Assembly: GCA_016935195.1 (NCBI GenBank)
Contig: JAFGRL010000103.1
Coordinates: 3,519-67,518, forward strand
Length of the DNA: 64,000 nucleotides
DNA from: Sedimentisphaerales bacterium
GTDB lineage: Bacteria > Planctomycetota > Phycisphaerae > Sedimentisphaerales > Anaerobacaceae
Direction: 5' to 3'
Positions 20,286 through 26,711 of this stretch are shown here, piece by piece. How positions within the stretch are numbered: the stretch's first letter is position 1; each line of letters begins with the position of its first letter. Under the pieces are notes generated by a model. The model saw only the letters and a list, made by a program, of their open reading frames with translations. It was not told the origin of the DNA and made no database searches. A program made the translations under genes and the position numbers.

Positions 20286-21320
20286 TTATTTCACATTCTT
20301 TAGGCAACGTTTACATGGTTTTAGTCCACCATTAGAAGCGCTTAATCGAGTGTGTATCATCCTATATTTTTTCTTTTTGTTTTTTGAAGCTCTTTGGTAA
20401 TGAGGACAATGAGGCATATGATAAACTTTTGCATGTGGTAGACTGACAAATTTTGGATAAGTTATCAGTATATCTATTATCAGCATTAACTTCAGTGAAA
20501 CAGACTCTTTGTTATAGTTTACATAAACCCCATGCAATATTTTATGTCTGTTTATTTCCATAAGTTTATCATCATTATTGTCTATGCCCTTAAAAATAAT
20601 AGATTTCAAATACAGGAATATCAGTTCCATAAGTTCATCTTTAGAAACGGAGTTTTGCGAAATAAAAAGTTCTTCGCATTGGTGGATTGAATTAGTAGAG
20701 AAATTAAAATATTCATTTGGTATTCCATCTAATTGCGTAAGTAAAGCCGGAACAGACAGCTCATACTTTTTATCAAGATGTGCTTGTACGGCAGATTGTA
20801 ATATTTTCATTCTTTTTTTAGAAATAAAGCTGTTATCCCAACTTGGCGAAATAGTTTTCTTTATCATATCGCTGTTGTGGTATTTTACGATTTCATTATC
20901 AAGTAACTTTCTTATGCTTTTTCTGTCCATCTTATTTTTTATGCAATAATTCATCAGTTTTGTTGGAGTATTTATTGCAACATGAATCAGCGGTGGCCAA
21001 CCATTGTCTATCATCCATGTAAATGCTTTAAAATCTGAATTTCTTGACTTTTCAAGAGCCTCAAAAAACACCTTTGTACTTTCAGCTAGTTTTTGAAGAT
21101 GCTCTTGCATATATTTCACAGGTTCCGGAATTTTAATACTTCTGACATATGTTTGCATTTGTCTTATCGCATGCGAATAATCAGGAATATTAATAGTACC
21201 AATAGATTTTGTTACCTCCGCTAACCTTTGTTGTTGCTGTTTAATTTGTGTCATCACTTCAGCAATACGTGAGGTTGGATAAGTAAGCTTTTTTAAATCT
21301 CCAATAGAACCCATTGGCAT
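20286..21320 (-). CDS. Hypothetical protein with HEPN-like Rx4H motif (NRHKILHG) and C-terminal Ada-type zinc-ribbon-like domain
   Basis: A 344-aa ORF in a ~35% GC segment. It has R258-x4-H263, and the C-terminal VYHMPHCPHY...SASNGGLKPCKRC resembles the Ada metal-binding module (YH..C...(A/S)...G..PCKRC). Confidence 0.6.
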   Translation of the reverse strand: MPMGSIGDLKKLTYPTSRIAEVMTQIKQQQQRLAEVTKSIGTINIPDYSHAIRQMQTYVRSIKIPEPVKYMQEHLQKLAESTKVFFEALEKSRNSDFKAFTWMIDNGWPPLIHVAINTPTKLMNYCIKNKMDRKSIRKLLDNEIVKYHNSDMIKKTISPSWDNSFISKKRMKILQSAVQAHLDKKYELSVPALLTQLDGIPNEYFNFSTNSIHQCEELFISQNSVSKDELMELIFLYLKSIIFKGIDNNDDKLMEINRHKILHGVYVNYNKESVSLKLMLIIDILITYPKFVSLPHAKVYHMPHCPHYQRASKNKKKKYRMIHTRLSASNGGLKPCKRCLKNVK

Positions 21321-21513
21321 CCTCTGTGGCTAAATAAAGCTTGTCATCTTAGTTTCACAACTCGTTTCCGTCTGTTCGCGGAGCAGTTCGACCTGCTGCG
21401 ACCTGCGCAGCACGGCGAGCGCATCTGGCTAAGTATTTTAATTCTTACCCGCCTTCGGTGGAATACCAATAATAAAGCATCCTTAATCAATAATCAATTA
21501 CTTTGGCTCCACG

Positions 21514-21621
21514 TTAGCAGTTAGTTATTCCTTGTCCTTCCAGTTCTGCCATTATATCCTGGGCAATAGTTTTACCAACGCCGGGAATTTGTTCTAATTC
21601 CGCTAACCTGGATGATTCCAT
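21514..21621 (-). CDS. Possible 35-aa helix-hairpin-helix mini-ORF (or a gene fragment)
   Basis: It lies below the ORF-track cutoff. My translation is MESSRLAELEQIPGVGKTIAQDIMAELEGQGITNC, and LxxIPGVGxxxA is the HhH signature. Confidence 0.35.
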   Translation of the reverse strand: MESSRLAELEQIPGVGKTIAQDIMAELEGQGITNC

Positions 21622-21643
21622 AAAAAGCCGCCTCAGATACCAT

Positions 21644-21675
21644 TCACTAAATACTACTCACTAAATACTGTTCAC
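21644..21675 (+). repeat. Two and a bit copies of a 14-nt direct repeat (TCACTAAATACTNN)
   Basis: tcactaaatactac tcactaaatactgt tcac. A partial inverted match (gtatttagtcgatagtagta) lies at about 21770-21790. Confidence 0.7.
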
Positions 21676-21838
21676 AAATTCGCCGCCCCGGCTGCCGGCC
21701 CCCGTTGTTAGCTTGTTTCAAATTATATCATCTTGGTCAAAAACCACAAGATTAAATTCGTATATCGTATTTCGTATTTAGTCGATAGTAGTAAGTATAT
21801 AGTATTTAGCCAGTCAAGGCTAAACAAAGCAAACCGGC

Positions 21839-21887
21839 GTCACGGCCCACGACTCACGAGTCACGGGTCACGAGCCACGACTTACAC
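21839..21887 (+). repeat. Seven tandem degenerate heptamers (S-Y-CACG-R)
   Basis: gtcacgg cccacga ctcacga gtcacgg gtcacga gccacga cttacac, followed by a ~60-nt polypyrimidine run to about 21945. Confidence 0.8.
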
Positions 21888-22108
21888 CTCCCCTCCCCTC
21901 TCATCTCATCCCTTCTTTCGCCGCCCTCCCCTACCTCGCCGCACCTTATTCTATCCAAAATATCCCGTATCACACACCACAAATCCCGCCAAATCGACAA
22001 TCAAAAATTTCCTATGTGAACCACCCTTTATTCTATAAGTTGAGCTTTTCAATCGATTAGAATTCCTAAACCCACCAGGCAAAATCTCCCCGGCCAAACC
22101 TGCGGATT

Positions 22109-22281
22109 CACCCCTGATATTTCAATCAAAAACGTAGGTACCTGCCAAAAAGTTGTACAAAAAGCGCTCATTTTTGCTCAAAACACGTTGATTTTTGGGA
22201 ATTTTTCCGCATTTTCCATCATTTTTCCCCATTTTTACCCCCGATTTTTGTCTATGCTGCGCTTTTGATTGAAAAATCTCG
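22109..22281 (+). repeat. Copy X of a ~180-bp dispersed repeat (partner in inverted orientation at 32101-32289)
   Basis: A hand alignment of X with the reverse complement of Y shows long shared blocks, for example aggtacctg..agttgtacaaaaa(g/a)cgctca(t/c)ttttgctcaaaa and atgc(t/a)gcgcttttgattga. Confidence 0.75.
22171..22250 (+). other. Helically phased T-tracts (candidate intrinsically bent DNA)
   Basis: T4-5 runs start at 22171, 22192, 22202, 22212, 22222, 22232 and 22244. The central five are exactly 10 bp apart. Confidence 0.7.
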
Positions 22282-24141
22282 TCAATCTGCGCTATGGCTT
22301 TTAAGGTGTATCTGAATAACCGTAATATCGGCAGGCGTAATGCCGCTTATTCGAGATGCCTGGCCGAGAGTTACGGGCCTGTAAATTGACAGCTTTTCCT
22401 TCGCCTCAGCTCGAAGGTGCTCAATCTTGTTATAGTCTAACTCTTGCGGAATTTCTTTGCTCTCCAAAGTACGTAAACCCGCCACCAAACGCTCTTGTTT
22501 GGCTATATACCCCTCATACTTTGCATCAAAAACAGTCGTTTGCATCACTTGCTCACTAAGGCTCATCTTTTTTACACGCTCATCGCTGGTCACAGTCTGC
22601 ATAACAGTATTAGCCGGCTGGCGTAACTGTTCCCACAAACTCAAACCACCCGAGCGAGTTTCCTGCAGATATTTTTTGAATCTGGCAATACCTTTTTGTT
22701 TATCCTGAAATTTTTCCCACCGTTCATCGCCCACAAGCCCGATGCTTCTGCCTATCTGTGTCAGCCTTCTGTCCGCATTATCCGCCCTCAAAGAAAGCCG
22801 ATATTCCGCACGCGAAGTAAACATCCGGTATGGCTCTGTTAAAATACCAAATCGACCTTCTCCTTCCTCGGTTTCTGCATCGATACCTTTAGTCAAAAGG
22901 TCATCTATAAGCACGCCTATATATCCCTGGTCTCTGCCTAAAACAATTGGCTCTTTGTTCTGAAGTTTTCTGGCTGCATTGATCCCGGCCATAATTCCCT
23001 GCCCCCCAGCTTCTTCATAGCCGCTTGTTCCGTTGATTTGACCTGCAAGGAATAATCCTGATATCTTCCTGGTCTCCAGGCTTGGATACAGTTGAATCGG
23101 CAGACAAAAATCATACTCAACTGCATAAGCATAATAGATAACCCGCGCATCTTCTGTTCCAGGCAGCAACTTCAACATTTTATCCTGAACGTCACGCGGC
23201 ATTGATGTAAATATGCCGTTGCAGTAAATAGTTTTAATCTCCTCTTCTTCAGGTTCGAGGAATATCCTATGTCGTTTTTTGTCGGCGTATCTGACAATCT
23301 TTGCCTCGATACTCGGGCAGTATCGCGGATCCGCTGCCTTGATTTGGCCGGATGAAAGTGGAGCTCTATGCAAATTATCACGAAGAAGTTGATGAATCCT
23401 CTCATCGGTATAGGTTATCCAACAGGGAATTTGAGGCCTGCTTATTGCCTCTGTCATAAATGAAAAAGATACAGGTACTTCATCGCCGAGCTGGACCTGA
23501 AGCTTGCCAAAGTTGACAGTCCCGGCATCCAATCTCGGCGTCGTATCTGTAGCCATCCTGCCAAGTTGCAATCCCAGCCGTTTTAGACTTTCTGAAAGTT
23601 CGCTGCTGGCCGGCTCATTGATTCTGCCTCCCACCCAGCACCGGCTGCCGCAATAGAGCTTACCTGTCAAAAATGTCCCCGGTGATACAATAACAGTTTG
23701 GGTTTGATAATTATGGCCGTTTTTGCAGGTAACACCACAAACCTTACCATCTTTCGTTGTGATGTCACTTGCCATCGACTCAATAATTGTCAGATTTTCC
23801 AAATCCTCAAGAGCAGCTCGCATCCAGTCAGCATATTTATGCCTGTCAACCTGAGCACGCGGGCTTTGGACAGCCGGACCCTTGGAACGATTTAACATCC
23901 GAAACTGAATACCGGTTGCGTCCGTCGCAAGGGCCATCAGCCCCCCCAATGCATCTATCTCACGGGCAATCTGTCCCTTGCCAAGACCCCCAACAGCAGG
24001 ATTGCAGCTCATCTGGGCTATTGTGTTTCTATCAATTGTTATAAGAGCAGTCTTCGCGCCAACCTTAGCAGCGGAATGAGCAGCTTCTACCCCGGCGTGA
24101 CCGGCTCCTATAACGATGCAGTCAAAATCATTCGTCTTCAT
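22282..24141 (-). CDS. mnmG: tRNA uridine 5-carboxymethylaminomethyl modification enzyme MnmG (GidA)
   Basis: FAD motif DCIVIGAGHAGVEAA, with a full-length MnmG pattern (GLFLAGQINGTSGYEEA). The likely start is the ATG at 24141 rather than the ORF start at 24177. Confidence 0.95.
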   Translation of the reverse strand: MKTNDFDCIVIGAGHAGVEAAHSAAKVGAKTALITIDRNTIAQMSCNPAVGGLGKGQIAREIDALGGLMALATDATGIQFRMLNRSKGPAVQSPRAQVDRHKYADWMRAALEDLENLTIIESMASDITTKDGKVCGVTCKNGHNYQTQTVIVSPGTFLTGKLYCGSRCWVGGRINEPASSELSESLKRLGLQLGRMATDTTPRLDAGTVNFGKLQVQLGDEVPVSFSFMTEAISRPQIPCWITYTDERIHQLLRDNLHRAPLSSGQIKAADPRYCPSIEAKIVRYADKKRHRIFLEPEEEEIKTIYCNGIFTSMPRDVQDKMLKLLPGTEDARVIYYAYAVEYDFCLPIQLYPSLETRKISGLFLAGQINGTSGYEEAGGQGIMAGINAARKLQNKEPIVLGRDQGYIGVLIDDLLTKGIDAETEEGEGRFGILTEPYRMFTSRAEYRLSLRADNADRRLTQIGRSIGLVGDERWEKFQDKQKGIARFKKYLQETRSGGLSLWEQLRQPANTVMQTVTSDERVKKMSLSEQVMQTTVFDAKYEGYIAKQERLVAGLRTLESKEIPQELDYNKIEHLRAEAKEKLSIYRPVTLGQASRISGITPADITVIQIHLKSHSAD

Positions 24142-24526
24142 TTGATTTTGCCAGCGCAACAGCAGATGCAATTGCAAAGTTAGCCGTGTGCGTAATACTG
24201 ACGCTTATATGTTCTATACCAAGCCGGCCGGCTATCTCACTAACCTCGCCGGTCAATGTTACATCAGGTTGACCGGATGGACTATTGACTATCCCTATAT
24301 CCGTCCACGCAATTTTACCACGCCAGCCTGTTCCCATAAGTTTAAGTACAGCTTCTTTAGCAGCGAACCGGCCGGCCAACTTCTCTATTCTGTTTTTGTT
24401 CGATTGTGCATAAGCCTGCTCTGTAGCCGTAAAGACCCGTTCTAAAAAACGCTGGCCGTGACGTTCTATCATCTTCTCAATACGAGGACAATCTACCAAA
24501 TCTATGCCGTGTGCGATAATTTGCAT
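24128..24526 (-). CDS. acpS: Holo-[acyl-carrier-protein] synthase
   Basis: A 132-aa protein with GIDLV, RFAAKEAVLKLMG and SISH motifs. Confidence 0.85.
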   Translation of the reverse strand: MQIIAHGIDLVDCPRIEKMIERHGQRFLERVFTATEQAYAQSNKNRIEKLAGRFAAKEAVLKLMGTGWRGKIAWTDIGIVNSPSGQPDVTLTGEVSEIAGRLGIEHISVSITHTANFAIASAVALAKSNEDE

Positions 24527-24558
24527 CTCAAAACCCTGCTATTTACTTAACGAAAGAC

Positions 24559-25686
24559 TTAATCGACTTCCTGCATACAGGCCTTATATAGCCTTTCAAC
24601 ACAAAATCCCACAAATCTATCAACATTACCTAATGCAGCCTGTTTGACAAACTTTACCCTGAAATCATAGATGGCCTTTTCTCTCCGGGCCCTGATTATT
24701 TTCTGCTCTATCTGCTTTTGAACTTGCTCAAATGGCTCGACATAACCGGCCTGCTTTTCTTCTAATTTCATTATGAAAATGTGTCCCTCAACCTCAATCG
24801 GCCCGGCAATCTCGCCCGTCTTCATCGTACTGGCACTGCTGCCCAAAACATCATATGGCACGGCAAGAGAGTTCGGCTCCAAAGACTTCCACAATCCGCC
24901 CTGTGCCTGCATAGGGCCTTGAGAGTACTGCTGAACAAGCATCCCAAAGTCTTCTCCGCTATCAATCCGCTCAAGTAATTCATCCGCCAAAGCCCTTGCC
25001 TGCTCCTGCCTGGTTTGATTTACATCCTGAACTTTTATCAGGGCCGGCTGTATATCAATCAGGCGAAATCTGATACGCTCCGGCGTGCTAAAAACCTCAC
25101 CTTTGACCTTGTTATAAACCTCCAACAACTCATTATAAGTAACCGGCTCAATCTCCGGAATCTGCTCTAACATATAGGAATAACTAAGAATAGCCTTCTT
25201 TTTTTGCTCTTTGAAACTAATCCAATCCATCCCCATTTCTTTTAACGCTGCTTCTGCCTTGGCATAATCACCTCCAAACTTCATTAAAAATTGTCGAATC
25301 TCCGAATCAGCCGCTTTTGCCAGCGCACCATCAAATTCAGACGGCGATTCTGCCTTGGCCTTTTGATAAACCAGAATATCCGACACCCTCGTGATTATAA
25401 GTTTTTCAACATCTGCCCTTACACCTCTGCTAAACTCTTCTAATGTTACACCTTCGGCAAATCGCTTCAAATGCCGGATCAATGGACGGACAACCTCCGC
25501 ACTTGTAATAGTCTCATCTCCAACCGACAGCACAAATCCGCCGGAAGGCTCAGGCAAATCAAGCTCTTCAGAATAGTTCCCGCCCAAGGCATCCCCCTCA
25601 ACCTTATCACTTTCGCTGCCCCCACAGCCGCTAACCACAACAGCGACAATCCCAGCCAGGAAAAACCGTCTTATTAAAAATCTCAT
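24559..25686 (-). CDS. PpiC/parvulin-type peptidyl-prolyl isomerase lipoprotein (SurA/PrsA-like)
   Basis: The lipobox LAGIVAVVVSGC follows the ATG at 25686. The parvulin region is DFGMLVQQYSQGPMQAQGGLW...GEIAGPIEVEGHIFIMKL. Confidence 0.75.
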   Translation of the reverse strand: MRFLIRRFFLAGIVAVVVSGCGGSESDKVEGDALGGNYSEELDLPEPSGGFVLSVGDETITSAEVVRPLIRHLKRFAEGVTLEEFSRGVRADVEKLIITRVSDILVYQKAKAESPSEFDGALAKAADSEIRQFLMKFGGDYAKAEAALKEMGMDWISFKEQKKKAILSYSYMLEQIPEIEPVTYNELLEVYNKVKGEVFSTPERIRFRLIDIQPALIKVQDVNQTRQEQARALADELLERIDSGEDFGMLVQQYSQGPMQAQGGLWKSLEPNSLAVPYDVLGSSASTMKTGEIAGPIEVEGHIFIMKLEEKQAGYVEPFEQVQKQIEQKIIRARREKAIYDFRVKFVKQAALGNVDRFVGFCVERLYKACMQEVD

Positions 25687-26000
25687 ATCCAAAATACAAA
25701 CTCCCTTACTAACGCTAAAAGTGCCGAACAATCTGCTCAACCATCTGCATCTTCCGTCATAATCCACCAAATATTTACACCAAATTCCTCAATATGTCGA
25801 ATATTATTATTACCGGATAACTTTTAAGTCCCGTTAATCCTTTTGCAAACTTTTTGGAGTTTTGTTAAAAATGTAGTTTATCGTGAACGATTATTGAAGG
25901 CTCAAAATGAAGGAATTCTACCGAACAGCCATTCTTCTGGCAATAGTTACTTTTGTCAGGATGTCACATATAAAGAACAAGAAGGCAAAAAATACAATAG

Positions 26001-26711
26001 ATGATTATGGAAAAATATTCGCCGAATAAAAATTATGTTGTGCTCAGCAGAGACCAGGTTCGTGCGTTTGACGCCTGGGCGATAAATGAGCTTGGAATTC
26101 CCGGTGTTGTTCTAATGGAAAATGCCGGCCGAAGTTGCGCCGAACTGATTAAAGAAAAACTCAAATCCAAAGCAAAACCTAAGGTCTGTATCTTCTGTGG
26201 AACAGGTAATAATGGCGGCGACGGCTATGTTATTGCCCGGCAGCTGTTGAATAATAATTTTATGGTAAAGGTAGTAATTATAGGTGATAGAAAGAAAATC
26301 AAAGGTGATGCAGCCATAAACCTGCAAATCCTGCAAAAACTCAGCCAGTCGATTGAATCATTGGATTTGGAAACCTCTCGAATCGCCAGCCGAATTAAAA
26401 GTTTTACGGCAGGAGCAGATATGCTTGTTGACGGCATCTTCGGCACAGGATTGGAAGGGCCTGTGCGAGGCGATTACAAGATATTGATTGACTCAATAAA
26501 TTCTCAGATATGTCCGATTCTGGCAATCGATATACCTTCGGGACTGGATTGTGATACAGGCCAGCCGCTTGGAACAGCTATAAGAGCGGATTACACTGTG
26601 ACTTTCGCAGCCGCAAAAGCGGGTTTTAAATCAGCAACTGCCTTGCAATATACCGGCCAAGTCTTTGTTGCCTCAATAGGAATCGATCCGCCCAGGAGCC
26701 GATGGAGTTAG
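26001..26711 (+). CDS. nnrE: NAD(P)H-hydrate epimerase (YjeF N-terminal domain only)
   Basis: GIPGVVLMENAGRS and CGTGNNGGDGYVIARQL are YjeF_N hallmarks. At 236 aa there is no kinase-like C-terminal domain. Confidence 0.8.
   Translation: MIMEKYSPNKNYVVLSRDQVRAFDAWAINELGIPGVVLMENAGRSCAELIKEKLKSKAKPKVCIFCGTGNNGGDGYVIARQLLNNNFMVKVVIIGDRKKIKGDAAINLQILQKLSQSIESLDLETSRIASRIKSFTAGADMLVDGIFGTGLEGPVRGDYKILIDSINSQICPILAIDIPSGLDCDTGQPLGTAIRADYTVTFAAAKAGFKSATALQYTGQVFVASIGIDPPRSRWS

Noticed and set aside
21839-21887. Possible CRISPR-like array
   Set aside because: The units are 7 nt with no spacers, so this is a simple tandem microsatellite-type repeat. I saw no repeat-spacer architecture or cas genes anywhere in the window.
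21733-22038. 101-aa plus-strand ORF
   Set aside because: The translation is low-complexity (HGPRLTSHGSRATT, PPLSSHPFFRRPPLPRR). It is generated by the heptamer array and the polypyrimidine tract, so it is almost certainly non-coding.
21322-22281. Calling oriC next to mnmG
   Set aside because: The bent DNA, iteron-like repeats and mnmG adjacency are suggestive. However, I found no 9-mer within one mismatch of TTATCCACA by eye, and dnaA is absent from the window. It is kept only as a hypothesis in the findings.
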